Origin: Sodaliphilus sp.
GTDB lineage: Bacteria; Bacillota_I; Bacilli_A; RFN20; CAG-826
Assembly: GCA_963643355.1 (NCBI GenBank)
Contig: CAVIJE010000002.1
Coordinates: 40,142-104,141, forward strand
Length of the DNA: 64,000 nt
Direction of reading: 5' to 3'
In this document: in pieces, positions 36,356 to 46,090 of the stretch
Position numbering within the stretch: the stretch's first letter is position 1
Layout of the letters: the number at the start of each line of letters is the position of its first letter
The notes under the pieces: generated by a model
What the model was told of the DNA's origin: nothing
What the model saw: the letters and a program-made list of their open reading frames with translations, nothing else
The model's database searches: none
Position numbers and translations under genes: made by a program

Positions 36356-37756
36356 CTAAGCTTTTATTTTTTCTTCGATATAGGAAACGACTTCAGAAAT
36401 TGGCAATCTGACTTGCTCCATCGTATCGCGGTCTCTGATTGTGACGCTTTGATCGTTTTCGGTATCAAAATCAACGGTAACACAGTATGGGGTACCAATT
36501 TCATCTTGGCGGCGATAACGTTTGCCAATTGATCCAGTTAAATCTGTCGTACAGCTAAAATGTTTGCTAAATTCAGCGAATAAAGCGTCGGATTTTTCAA
36601 CCAATTTCTTTTGGAGAGGTAAAATGGCAACTTTATAAGGAGCTAACGATGGTTTTACATGCATAACAGTTCTTACATCACCATTTGCAAGTGTTTCTTC
36701 ATCATATGAATCAACCATGACCATAAGCATCAATCTATCAAGACCCATCGAAGGTTCTATAACGTATGGTAAATAGGATTTTGTTTTCGTTGCCCCATTT
36801 TCGTCCGTATAAGTTTCCGTGTATGTAAGGTCTTCTTTAGAATATTCTTGATGACGGCCCAAATCATAATCAGTTCTATCGGCGATACCAAGGATTTCAC
36901 TCCATCCTAAGGTAGGAAAATCATACTCAACATCAGTTGTTGCCTTTGAATAGAAAGCCAATTCAGCGGCCTCATGATCACGGAAACGAAGGTTTTCAGC
37001 GTTTATTCCTAAAGACTCGACGAATTTTAAACAATATTCCTTCCAATAAGAAAACCACTCGAGATCTGTTCCAGGCTGGCAGAAAAATTCCATTTCCATT
37101 TGTTCGAATTCTCTCGTCCTGAAAGTAAAATTACCTGGAGTGATTTCGTTTCTGAAACTCTTTCCTGCATTACAAATGCCGAATGGAAGTTTTTTTCTAC
37201 AGGCTCTAGCAACGTTTTTGAAATTCATAAATACACCTTGAGCCGTTTCTGGTCTTAAATAAACGACTGATGAGGCATCTTCGGTAACGCCAATATGAGT
37301 TTTGAACATCATATTGAATTTTCTTATCCCCGTGAAATCTTTCTTTCCACATGTTGGGCAAACGATATCGTGCTCTTGAATGAATTTATCCATTTCTTCA
37401 AAAGACATTCCATCAACATCTGCTGTAGGAACTTGTTTTTTGATTAAATCATCAGCCCTATAACGCGATTTGCAAGATTTGCAATCAACCATTGGATCAT
37501 TGAACGTTGAAACGTGGCCAGTTGCTTCCCAAACGCGTGGATTCATTAAAATAGCGGCGTCTAGTCCGACGTTGGTTGGGCTTTCTTGAACGAATTTATG
37601 CCACCATAAATCTTTAACATTACGTTTTAACTCAGAGCCTAAAGGACCATAATCCCATGTATTAGATAATCCGCCATAAATTTGCGATCCCGGGAAAACG
37701 TATCCCGTCAAAATTAAGTGATTTGTTATTTTTTCAAAACTGAATTTATTTGCCAT
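36356..37756 (-). CDS. glyQS: Glycine--tRNA ligase (single-chain alpha2 type)
   Basis: 466-aa class II aaRS with FRNEITPGNFTFRTREFEQME motif; SD AAGGAG. Confidence 0.9.
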   Translation of the reverse strand: MANKFSFEKITNHLILTGYVFPGSQIYGGLSNTWDYGPLGSELKRNVKDLWWHKFVQESPTNVGLDAAILMNPRVWEATGHVSTFNDPMVDCKSCKSRYRADDLIKKQVPTADVDGMSFEEMDKFIQEHDIVCPTCGKKDFTGIRKFNMMFKTHIGVTEDASSVVYLRPETAQGVFMNFKNVARACRKKLPFGICNAGKSFRNEITPGNFTFRTREFEQMEMEFFCQPGTDLEWFSYWKEYCLKFVESLGINAENLRFRDHEAAELAFYSKATTDVEYDFPTLGWSEILGIADRTDYDLGRHQEYSKEDLTYTETYTDENGATKTKSYLPYVIEPSMGLDRLMLMVMVDSYDEETLANGDVRTVMHVKPSLAPYKVAILPLQKKLVEKSDALFAEFSKHFSCTTDLTGSIGKRYRRQDEIGTPYCVTVDFDTENDQSVTIRDRDTMEQVRLPISEVVSYIEEKIKA

Positions 37757-37855
37757 ACTACTCGGCTCCTTTACTCTTTAAAATTTTACTTCGTTTTTAG
37801 TAAAAACGATACAAAAAATAGAATTGCCAATTGAAAACAGCGTTCTTTTTCGTTT

Positions 37856-38581
37856 TTACAATGCTTTTCTTAAATATTCTAGGCTTTTAATTTTTATACC
37901 CGTGCTTTCTTCGTAATGATTTGACAAAAATGAGATGACCTGAACACATTCCTCATTGCTTATCATAAGTCTATTCATGTCTTTTGGCTCACATCGAAAA
38001 CAAAATCTTATTATTTTCAGAAATCTTGGATTCATTATTTCAGATTCATATTCAGCATCGTCACGGCAAATGAAACCGCCATTTACGATCGAAATACCAA
38101 CAATGTCGTTTTTTTTGTGACAAAGCACGCATTCATCAACATTTAAGCCATATCCACAGTTTTTTAAAAATTGTGCAAAATAAACGGTGCAAAAAGGAAG
38201 AAAAGAGCCATTATCGGCACTTCCCGATAATCCTAAATCCAAATAAGGGTAAAGCGCGGTTCCTTCATCGAGTATTTTACCATTTAGTTCATTTAAAAAT
38301 TGGAAGCAAATCGCAGTCAAGAAATCGTTTTTTGCGTCCGGAAAGGAAACTAATTTAGATTCTTTTAACGAAAATTTGCCCGTTTCTTCTAATAAAGTTA
38401 GCTTGGCTTTAACTAAAAGCGTGGATAATATGTGATTTTTTGATGTCGGTTTCTTTATTCCTCTCGCGCGAAAGGAGACAACCCCATCGCGGCAAAGAAA
38501 ATTAATTATGCAATCGGTTTCTTTGTAATCGGAGATATGAATTACAAAACCTTCTAAATCAATAGTCTTCCCCTTCGTCAT
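37856..38581 (-). CDS. recO: DNA repair protein RecO
   Basis: OB-fold N-terminus plus zinc motif C..C...C; position after era. Confidence 0.8.
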   Translation of the reverse strand: MTKGKTIDLEGFVIHISDYKETDCIINFLCRDGVVSFRARGIKKPTSKNHILSTLLVKAKLTLLEETGKFSLKESKLVSFPDAKNDFLTAICFQFLNELNGKILDEGTALYPYLDLGLSGSADNGSFLPFCTVYFAQFLKNCGYGLNVDECVLCHKKNDIVGISIVNGGFICRDDAEYESEIMNPRFLKIIRFCFRCEPKDMNRLMISNEECVQVISFLSNHYEESTGIKIKSLEYLRKAL

Positions 38582-39461
38582 CGTTTCTTCCGTAGCCTAA
38601 TTTAGCTAATTTCCGCGTGTCATTTCTCCATCCTGGTAAACATTCGACTTCAGTATAAAGGGTTACATGTTTGCTCCACATAGACTCTAGGTTTCTCCTA
38701 GCAGTCATTGAGACTTTTTTAATCATCTCGCCGTTTTTACCGATGATTATTGGTTTTTGTGTTTCCTTTTCGCAAACTATTGTCGCCTTGATTGTTACCT
38801 TAGAATCGTTTTCTTTGAAAGATTTAATCAAAATAGCACATTCATGTGGGATTTCTTGTTTTAAAAAGTGAAGCAATTCTTCCCTAATCACTTCTTTCGC
38901 CATAAAGGCAGCATCTTTATCCGTATAAACATCTTCTGGGTAGAAAGGCAAACCTTCATTCAAATGAGATTTGATGCACGTTTTTAAATCTTTTAACCCA
39001 AAATTCGTTAATGCTGATATTTCGATTTGTTCATAAGAAGGGAATTTCTCTTTATAATGAGCCTTCAAAGTTTCCATTTCATCAGCTTTTGCTAAATCTA
39101 TTTTGTTAAAAACAACAATGATCGGAGCATCTGTTTTTATCGAAGAAAGCAACGCGTCATCCATTGAATAATCTTTTACGTACGAATCAACTAAATACAA
39201 GACGACGTCTACATCGGAAATGCTTTTTCTCGCTGAACGATACATTTGCTTATAAAGCGACTCCTCGCCTTCGAAAAGCCCTGGCGTATCAATGAAAACT
39301 ATCTGCGTTTCTTTTTCGTTATAAATTCCGATTATATCGTCTCTTGTCGTTTGAGACTTTGGCGTAACAATTGAAACTTTTTTCGATAAAATCGCATTAA
39401 GTAAGGTTGATTTCCCAACGTTTGGTTTTCCTAAAATTGTACAAAAACCGCATTTCATCAC
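38559..39461 (-). CDS. era: GTPase Era
   Basis: G1 GKPNVGKSTLLN, DTPG, NKID, C-terminal KH domain. Confidence 0.9.
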   Translation of the reverse strand: MMKCGFCTILGKPNVGKSTLLNAILSKKVSIVTPKSQTTRDDIIGIYNEKETQIVFIDTPGLFEGEESLYKQMYRSARKSISDVDVVLYLVDSYVKDYSMDDALLSSIKTDAPIIVVFNKIDLAKADEMETLKAHYKEKFPSYEQIEISALTNFGLKDLKTCIKSHLNEGLPFYPEDVYTDKDAAFMAKEVIREELLHFLKQEIPHECAILIKSFKENDSKVTIKATIVCEKETQKPIIIGKNGEMIKKVSMTARRNLESMWSKHVTLYTEVECLPGWRNDTRKLAKLGYGRNDDEGEDY

Positions 39462-39862
39462 TTTAGATCCTCCTTTTCAAAAGCGTATGGTAAGAGCTCT
39501 TCTATGGTGGTGATTTTTATATCCCCAGTTAAATTGCCTAAGTATATAGGCGCATCTTTAGGGAATAATTCAGAAATTGCCTGTCTACACATTCCGCAAG
39601 GAGAGCATGCTCTTGGGGCGTCTGCGAATATCGCTAAGGCCACAAAATCATCTTTCTTTTTTCCGTGCATCATAGCGTTATATATTGCATTTCTTTCAGC
39701 ACACATTGAAACTGGGTAAGACGAGTTTTCGATGTTAGCTCCGAGAAAATATTCGCCATCTTTTGTTGCCACTGCGGCTCCAACCTTGAAATTTGAATAT
39801 GGTGAATAAGACAAATCTCTTGCTTTTATTGCTAATTCAATGAGTTCGCCTTTATTTATCAT
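39458..39862 (-). CDS. cdd: Cytidine deaminase
   Basis: Zinc motifs CAERNAI and PCGMCRQ; 134 aa. Confidence 0.9.
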   Translation of the reverse strand: MINKGELIELAIKARDLSYSPYSNFKVGAAVATKDGEYFLGANIENSSYPVSMCAERNAIYNAMMHGKKKDDFVALAIFADAPRACSPCGMCRQAISELFPKDAPIYLGNLTGDIKITTIEELLPYAFEKEDLK

Positions 39863-40319
39863 CCTTAGAGGCCTCCTCTAGTATCTTATCTTGAAGAGGG
39901 AACATAATGGCTTCATCTTCAGGTTTCATGTGATCGTATCCTAATAAATGGAGCAATCCATGAACAAAGAGAAATGAGAGTTCTCTTTCAATCGTGTTTC
40001 CGATTTGCTCGGCTTGTCTTTTTGCTTGAGGCAAACAAATAAGTATCTCTCCAAGCATTCTAGGGACTTCAGGATTTAAGATGATGTCAGCTGGATTTTT
40101 ATCGTCGTTAAAAGCGAAACTTATAACATCGGTTACTCTATCGACATTTCGGTAATCTCTATTTATTTGATGAATTGTTTCGTCATCCACCAACGACACA
40201 TCAATTTCGTAATTTGTTTGTACGTCTAACATTTTAAACGTTACTGAGGCTAGATGATTGTAACGTTCATCAAGCCAATCGAATTCTTCTCCGAAGGAGT
40301 TTGTAAAATCTACTACCAT
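39852..40319 (-). CDS. ybeY: Endoribonuclease YbeY
   Basis: Metal-binding motif HGLLHLLGYDH; 155 aa. Confidence 0.9.
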   Translation of the reverse strand: MVVDFTNSFGEEFDWLDERYNHLASVTFKMLDVQTNYEIDVSLVDDETIHQINRDYRNVDRVTDVISFAFNDDKNPADIILNPEVPRMLGEILICLPQAKRQAEQIGNTIERELSFLFVHGLLHLLGYDHMKPEDEAIMFPLQDKILEEASKDDK

Positions 40320-40362
40320 ATACTATAAATTTAACACATTTGGAGATTTAAATCGCCTTTTT

Positions 40363-41556
40363 TTAATCATTATAGAAATATTCGTAAAAATAAAGCGTTT
40401 CTCGTTCTCTTTGTTCTTTTTCGGAAAAATAAATAATCACGTTTTTTAATGATTCGCCGAATGCATAAAGACCTGCAAAATGAAGCAAATAATAATTTAA
40501 CGTTATATCTTGAGCATTTGCTAAAGGCAATAGAGCGAGTGCTGAAACGATAATCATATATATTATTTTTTCGTATCCATTGAATTTTCCGATCTGGTAG
40601 CTTTCTTTGTTAATTGTTTTTAAGAGGTTCAAAGTGGTTTCTTCACTTTCGTTTTCACAAAAAAGCCTTGTTTCCTTCTTTTCCAATAGATTCTTGCTTA
40701 AAGACATTTTCCTTTGAAAAAGAAAAATTGAGAGCAAAATATAGACGCTTAGAGTAACACTCGCTATCAAAAATATAGGATTGTTGATGCTGAACAAAAC
40801 CGCAATGGCTAGAGAAAAAATCAAGGAACTCATTAATGCGAACACATCTGGATACAAACTTTTTTTGAAAGAGCAATATCGGACGTATCTTTCTTTAAGA
40901 AATTTCTTCCTGGATTTTGATATTCGTTTAATCCATTCATCATCAAACTTTCTCATGGAACGCATCAATAAGCCCCTGCCAATTATTTCTATCATGCCAG
41001 ATAGGGCTAAAAAACCTATGGATATTAAATAATTCGCGTCATTTCGCATGAAATAAAACGATGCAAAAATGGCTAGGCAAGATAACAATGGTGTTAGGAA
41101 TGAAATCAACACCGAAGATGGTGGTCTTATTTTCGGCTTGTTCCAAGATGATTTCTTTTTGTTGAAAATTTCAATATTTCCCGATATTAAGCACCATTTT
41201 TCTTTTATTGTTTCTATTTTTACCCAACTTGGTCCACACAAAGGGTCATATATCAAAATTTTGTTTTTATTCCTTTTTGGTGCGTAAACCATATGATCGC
41301 TAGTCCCCTCTTTTAGCAATAACAAACACGGGAACGATAAAGACTCATAGATGCATTCTTTACTGTTTGCTTTTGAAAAAGTCAGTTTTCCTCCTTCTTT
41401 TGCTGCTAATTCCTGTAACTCTTTCAAATTGTATGGTGGATGTTTTTCAAAACGGAGATATTTATAGTTTTTATCTCCAGTGGCTTCAATCATGGCCATC
41501 CTAAGGCAAGCCAATCCGCAGCCTTTTTCACTTTCTTGATAAATAAAATGTCTCAT
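40363..41556 (-). CDS. Peptidase C39-like domain fused to a ~6-helix ABC-exporter-like membrane domain, no ATPase domain
   Basis: N-terminus YQESEKGCGLACLRMA (Gln8/Cys14), DHMVYAP (His89), IYDP (Asp105). Hydrophobic helices at about aa 150-170, 176-198, 240-258, 261-282, 332-347 and 355-375. The ORF ends 43 nt before ybeY with no Walker motifs. Confidence 0.6.
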   Translation of the reverse strand: MRHFIYQESEKGCGLACLRMAMIEATGDKNYKYLRFEKHPPYNLKELQELAAKEGGKLTFSKANSKECIYESLSFPCLLLLKEGTSDHMVYAPKRNKNKILIYDPLCGPSWVKIETIKEKWCLISGNIEIFNKKKSSWNKPKIRPPSSVLISFLTPLLSCLAIFASFYFMRNDANYLISIGFLALSGMIEIIGRGLLMRSMRKFDDEWIKRISKSRKKFLKERYVRYCSFKKSLYPDVFALMSSLIFSLAIAVLFSINNPIFLIASVTLSVYILLSIFLFQRKMSLSKNLLEKKETRLFCENESEETTLNLLKTINKESYQIGKFNGYEKIIYMIIVSALALLPLANAQDITLNYYLLHFAGLYAFGESLKNVIIYFSEKEQRERETLYFYEYFYND

Positions 41557-41603
41557 CACTTATAAATAGACGTATTTATAGCAAAAGAGACAAATTTTAT
41601 TCT

Positions 41604-41637
41604 AAAAACAAAAAAATCCTCGAATAATATCGAGGAT
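41604..41637 (-). terminator. Intrinsic terminator after rpsU
   Basis: ATCCTCGA / TCGAGGAT stem. The minus strand follows with TTTTTTTGTTTTT. Confidence 0.8.
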
Positions 41638-41642
41638 AATTT

Positions 41643-41819
41643 TTACCATTTTTTACGACGTGCCATCTCAGACTTCATTTTGCGTTTTAATGAAGTTGGG
41701 TAGAAGCATTCTCTCTTACGTGTTTCGAGAAGAATACCGCTCTTATTAACATTTCTCTTCCAACGACGAACTGCGTCATCAAGATTTTCGCCTTCGCGAA
41801 CTACAACTTTAACAGACAT
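41643..41819 (-). CDS. rpsU: 30S ribosomal protein S21
   Basis: [30 protein letters not shown] lies 7 nt before the ATG at 41819; the track start 41828 is a GTG inside the SD. Confidence 0.9.
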   Translation of the reverse strand: MSVKVVVREGENLDDAVRRWKRNVNKSGILLETRKRECFYPTSLKRKMKSEMARRKKW

Positions 41820-41851
41820 GGATTTCACCTTCTTTCCACAACGTTCATTAT

Positions 41852-41880
41852 TTTATACGAAACGGCATATTTTTCAACAA
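41852..41880 (-). promoter_or_regulatory. rpsU promoter
   Basis: Minus strand TTGTTG, 17 nt, TATAAA, then a ~30-nt leader with SD AAGGTG. Confidence 0.55.
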
Positions 41881-41964
41881 AAAACCAAAATTTCTTATGT
41901 TTTTTTGATAAAACTCCTTTTATGCAATAAATATCTTATGGAGTTTTTTAAGATGAAGGTGGTT

Positions 41965-42987
41965 TTATTTATTCTTTTTGTAAGAAGAAAGGCAATCCGT
42001 ATAAGCTTTTTTAAGTTCTTCTCCAATTCTGTCTAAAGATCTTTCCTTCGCTACATCATATCCGTTTTGCAAAATTTGTTCGTTTTCGCCATTATCTAAA
42101 AGCAAGCGAATTTCCTTGGCAAATCCTTCGTTATTATCGCAAAAATGAGCGCTAACGCCATCTTGAAGCCATGGCTTATATACGCCGATATTTCGGAGAA
42201 CTAATGGGCATTTTGACGCAAGCGCCTCTAAAACGACGATTCCTTCCGTTTCCTCATAAGAAGGAAAGAAAAGACAAGCAGCAGTTTGCAAAGCCCCGTG
42301 AATTAATTCTCCCTTAACGTACCCTGGCATAATAACGTTGCTAGGCTTATTTTTAATGACTTTAAGCATTTTAGTTGAGGTTAGAATCTTAGCTAAATGA
42401 CCAAACCAAAAGAACTTAATATCAGGAAAAAGCCTTGCCACTTCTATGAAGTCATGAAGACCTTTTCGTTCAAAAGGAAAACCGATGCCCATAACGAATT
42501 TTTCATCATCTTTCAAATTAAATTGTTTTCTAAAGGCTTTTTGAGCATCAAGATCAATCTTGTATTCATCGAGATCTATTCCATTAGAAATCGCAACGAC
42601 TTTTCGGTTAAAACCATATCCCTCAATAAGTTTTTTGGAATACGGCGTCGGCGTGATTATCATATCGGCGCGCGAATACATGTATTTTATTTGATGATCA
42701 AAAATAGGTTCTATAAGTTTCCAGCAACGAAAAGAATTACGGAAATCTTCGTATGTTGAATGACCGTGAACTATAACCGGAATGCCCATTTTGTGACATT
42801 TATTCAAAAGTTTATGAGATTTTGCCCATAAAGTATTGATATGAGCGATTTCATAGCCTTTTTGTTTTGGATCGCATGTAAATTCAACTCCGGCTTTTGC
42901 TAAAGCCCTCATTTGATGGCTTCTCGCTCTGCCGATTCCAGATGTCTTTATCCCTTCGGCATCTTCGAAATACAATAAGGACTTCAT
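41965..42987 (-). CDS. GT4-family glycosyltransferase (possible glycolipid synthase)
   Basis: GT-B fold with C-terminal E(x7)E motif EETEGIVVLEA; 340 aa. The substrate cannot be read from sequence. Confidence 0.7.
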   Translation of the reverse strand: MKSLLYFEDAEGIKTSGIGRARSHQMRALAKAGVEFTCDPKQKGYEIAHINTLWAKSHKLLNKCHKMGIPVIVHGHSTYEDFRNSFRCWKLIEPIFDHQIKYMYSRADMIITPTPYSKKLIEGYGFNRKVVAISNGIDLDEYKIDLDAQKAFRKQFNLKDDEKFVMGIGFPFERKGLHDFIEVARLFPDIKFFWFGHLAKILTSTKMLKVIKNKPSNVIMPGYVKGELIHGALQTAACLFFPSYEETEGIVVLEALASKCPLVLRNIGVYKPWLQDGVSAHFCDNNEGFAKEIRLLLDNGENEQILQNGYDVAKERSLDRIGEELKKAYTDCLSSYKKNK

Positions 42988-43634
42988 TACTTGTGCTCTT
43001 TAAGAATTTGAATGGAGTGCGAACATCCAATACGGTTTGCACCCGCTTCAACCATCGATTCAAAATCTGCTAAAGTATGGATTCCTCCAGCTGCCTTGAC
43101 TCCGACATCTTTTCCAACTGTTTCTCGCATAATCTTAACGTCTTCTGCCGTAGCTCCGCCTTTTCCAAATCCCGTTGAAGTTTTTACGAAATCGGCACCA
43201 GCTTCTTTCGCTAATTCTGAAGCAATAGCGATTTCTTCTTTCGTCAAATAACAGCATTCAAGAATTGTTTTGAGCAATTTCTCACCGCATGCTTTCTTTA
43301 TTTCATGGATTTCGTTTTTAACATATTCGTAATCTTTGTCCTTTAAAGCTCCGACGTTGATAACCATATCAATTTCATCCGCCCCCTTATTTACCGCATC
43401 TTTCGTTTCAAAGACTTTAGATTCGGTGGTCATTTGGCCTAACGGGAAGCCGATAACGGTGCAAACTTTGACGTCACTCTCTTTTAAGGCCTCTTTAGCT
43501 GTTTTAATATAATAAGGATTTACGCAGACACTCATAAAGTCATACTCTTTTGCTTCAGAACATAATTTGATGATGTCTTCTTTGGTTGCATTAGCGGCCA
43601 ATAATGTATGATCGAAATATTTATTTATTTTCAT
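42987..43634 (-). CDS. deoC: Deoxyribose-phosphate aldolase
   Basis: Motifs SVCVNP and DFVKTSTGF (Schiff-base Lys); 215 aa. Confidence 0.9.
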   Translation of the reverse strand: MKINKYFDHTLLAANATKEDIIKLCSEAKEYDFMSVCVNPYYIKTAKEALKESDVKVCTVIGFPLGQMTTESKVFETKDAVNKGADEIDMVINVGALKDKDYEYVKNEIHEIKKACGEKLLKTILECCYLTKEEIAIASELAKEAGADFVKTSTGFGKGGATAEDVKIMRETVGKDVGVKAAGGIHTLADFESMVEAGANRIGCSHSIQILKEHK

Positions 43635-43671
43635 GTTATTACCTTCTCCCTATATTTTACAAAAAATATAT

Positions 43672-43697
43672 AAAAAGAAAAAGCGCACTAGGCGCTT
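43672..43697 (-). terminator. Intrinsic terminator after rpmF
   Basis: AAGCGC / GCGCTT stem with a 5-nt loop, then TTTCTTTTT on the minus strand. Confidence 0.75.
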
Positions 43698-43715
43698 ATC
43701 TTGAAAAATTTATAA

Positions 43716-43904
43716 TTATTTTCCTTCGTTATCAACTTTGATAACTTCTTTTCCATCATAATATCCACATTCTGGGCAAACTTTGTGTGGCTTAATCATT
43801 GCATTGCAATGTGGGCAAGCAACTAATGTTGGATATTTTAAATAGAAATGGGTTCTTCTTAATCTTTTTCTTGTTTTCGAAGTTCTTCTTTGTGGTACTG
43901 CCAT
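43716..43904 (-). CDS. rpmF: 50S ribosomal protein L32 (zinc-ribbon form)
   Basis: [19 protein letters not shown] plus CPHC...CPEC. Confidence 0.9.
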   Translation of the reverse strand: MAVPQRRTSKTRKRLRRTHFYLKYPTLVACPHCNAMIKPHKVCPECGYYDGKEVIKVDNEGK

Positions 43905-43935
43905 AATCTCTCATCTCCTTTGCAAAAGCCGGAAT

Positions 43936-43963
43936 ATTATAGATTATGCGATTAATGGTTCAA
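43936..43963 (-). promoter_or_regulatory. rpmF promoter
   Basis: Minus strand TTGAAC, 16 nt, TATAAT, leader with SD AAAGGAG. Confidence 0.6.
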
Positions 43964-44021
43964 TCTTATTTTAGACAATGTCAAAAATATTTAATTTTCA
44001 TTCGATAAATACTGATTTTTA

Positions 44022-45302
44022 TTAATCAGCAGCAACTTCTTTAGAATATACCACGTTGAGTATTTTTCCGCGAATATTTTCCTTTGTTTTGATTTTCACT
44101 AAAAGGAAATTTGATGTATGTCCATAGGCAATCTCATTCTTTTCGTCATATTCTTCAAAAAGAACTTCCAGGTGTTTGCCATAAAATTTTTCACGATATT
44201 TTTCCCTTAAGGCGGAAGAAACTTCGATTAATGCAAGATTTCTCTTTTTCTTTAAGTCAAATGGTAGATCGTCTAGAGTGTAGGCGAACGTCCCCTTTCT
44301 TGGCGAATAAGGGAAACAATGAATCTCAGAAAAATCACAAGCCTTCGCGAAATTAACGCTTTCAAGGAATTCCTCTTCGCTTTCATTAGGAAAACCAGAA
44401 ATCATGTCGGTCGTTATTGCTATCTCCGGTCTTATATCCCTTATTTTTTTAAGAGTTTCGTAATAATTTTTCGCGGTATATGGACGTTTCATTCTTTTTA
44501 AAACGTTTTCCGATCCACTTTGAAGGGAAAGATGCAAATGTGATGCAAAAGCAGGATAATCACGAATAACATTCAAAAACGCATCATCTATTTCCGATGG
44601 ATTTAAACTAGAAACCCTTAGCCTATATAAAGTTGGATTTTCATCGAATATATCTTTTAAAAGATTGCCTAAACGATACTTTCCATCTCCAAGATCCATT
44701 CCGTAAAAACCGATTTCCACGCCCGTTATTACTATTTCTTTATAGCCTCTTTCGACGAGGAGCTTTGCTTCTTTAAGAACATTTTCTCTATCGCGGCTTC
44801 TTGAATTCCCACGAACAAAAGGAATCAAGCAATAAGAGCAAAAATAATTGCAGCCATCTTGTATTTTTAAATAGGCACGTGTATTATCCGGTAAGGCAAA
44901 AGAACCAAATTCTTCGTATTTTTCATGTCTATTGTCTTTATCAACAAGGATTATTTGTTTCTTATTTTTCTTATATTCTTCAATTAATGAAACAATATCT
45001 TTTCTATGAGAAGTCCCTAAAACTATATCGGCCCCAATAGAAGACGCCTCCGAGTAGTTCTTTTGTGAATAGCAGCCCATGACAACGAGAATTCCATTTG
45101 GCGCTAAACGGCGAAATTTCCTTATGTGTTGTCGTGATTTTTGATCGGCAGTCGATGTCACAGAACAAGTATTTATCACGATAAGGTCTACATCGTCAGG
45201 TTTTATAGATTCAGAAAAACCTTTTTTGATAAATTCTTCTCTGAGCAAGTCATTTTCGTATGAATTTACCTTGCAACCTAATGAAAATAAATAAAAATTC
45301 AT
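44022..45302 (-). CDS. mtaB: Radical-SAM methylthiotransferase, MtaB/YqeV-like
   Basis: UPF0004 N-domain Cys residues, radical SAM CNYFCSYC, TRAM-like C-terminus. Position at the end of the dnaK-rsmE block. Confidence 0.8.
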   Translation of the reverse strand: MNFYLFSLGCKVNSYENDLLREEFIKKGFSESIKPDDVDLIVINTCSVTSTADQKSRQHIRKFRRLAPNGILVVMGCYSQKNYSEASSIGADIVLGTSHRKDIVSLIEEYKKNKKQIILVDKDNRHEKYEEFGSFALPDNTRAYLKIQDGCNYFCSYCLIPFVRGNSRSRDRENVLKEAKLLVERGYKEIVITGVEIGFYGMDLGDGKYRLGNLLKDIFDENPTLYRLRVSSLNPSEIDDAFLNVIRDYPAFASHLHLSLQSGSENVLKRMKRPYTAKNYYETLKKIRDIRPEIAITTDMISGFPNESEEEFLESVNFAKACDFSEIHCFPYSPRKGTFAYTLDDLPFDLKKKRNLALIEVSSALREKYREKFYGKHLEVLFEEYDEKNEIAYGHTSNFLLVKIKTKENIRGKILNVVYSKEVAAD

Positions 45303-46090
45303 ATGAAACGTCCTTTCAAAACGGATTTGTTTTCCTTTTTGACCATATATTTTTTAACCTTATCGGCCAAAATTTTAGAAATGAGCTCGTTTTCCAAAAG
45401 TTCCTGAATCATTAGCTCGCGGTCGTTTGCAAAATAAGCATCGACGACTGTTTCAATCCTCTTAGTTAAATGAGTTAATGTTTGATGAGATAAGTATTTA
45501 TCAAATAAGCATATCTTCGCATCAAGCCTTCCCTCATCGTTTACAAAATAAATGCTTCTAGCGTCATAATCGTATAAAGCGGCGCATTCAGGAGTTTTTT
45601 TAATGAGAACGAGGTTGGTGAAGTAAGAAATGAAAATGTTGTATCCATAATAATCGAACGGATCAATCAAAATCGATTCATATAACTTAAAAACATTTTT
45701 ATAAGGCATTTCGCCCAATCTAGAAAAATTTTCGGAGTAAATAGAGGAAACGGCAAAAGGAAAAACTGGAACGTATATCTTTTTGTCTTTGTAATTGAGA
45801 TAAGGCAAGGAAAGTAAACAATTTCCCATGTATTTCTCTAATTCATCATTGCTGCGTTCTTCTTTTTTCGTAAATTGTTTGAAGGCTTTTTCGATTATCT
45901 CTTTGTTTTCAAGCGAGCGAAGTACGATATTTTCCCTGACTACGCCAAACGAATCAACGGGATTCGCAAGATATTGAAAACTTTCTAAGCCGTTTAAACG
46001 ATAAGAGTTATCGTTATAGTAGATTTGTTCTTGTGAGCGAGAAAATGGCGTTGATGCTTGATTTTTCGCTAAAATTTCATATAAGTTCAT
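45299..46090 (-). CDS. Hypothetical protein (263 aa, no recognisable domain)
   Basis: Long ORF in an AT-rich genome, with 4-nt overlaps to rsmE upstream and mtaB downstream. No TM segments and no motif I recognise. Confidence 0.6.
   Translation of the reverse strand: MNLYEILAKNQASTPFSRSQEQIYYNDNSYRLNGLESFQYLANPVDSFGVVRENIVLRSLENKEIIEKAFKQFTKKEERSNDELEKYMGNCLLSLPYLNYKDKKIYVPVFPFAVSSIYSENFSRLGEMPYKNVFKLYESILIDPFDYYGYNIFISYFTNLVLIKKTPECAALYDYDARSIYFVNDEGRLDAKICLFDKYLSHQTLTHLTKRIETVVDAYFANDRELMIQELLENELISKILADKVKKYMVKKENKSVLKGRFI

Noticed and set aside
37757-37855. T-box or other riboswitch leaders upstream of the aminoacyl-tRNA synthetase genes (glyQS, hisS, aspS).
   Set aside because: The glyQS leader is only 99 nt and AT-rich, with no specifier or antiterminator architecture. 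hisS and aspS start 10 nt and 1 nt after the preceding stop codons, leaving no room for a leader.
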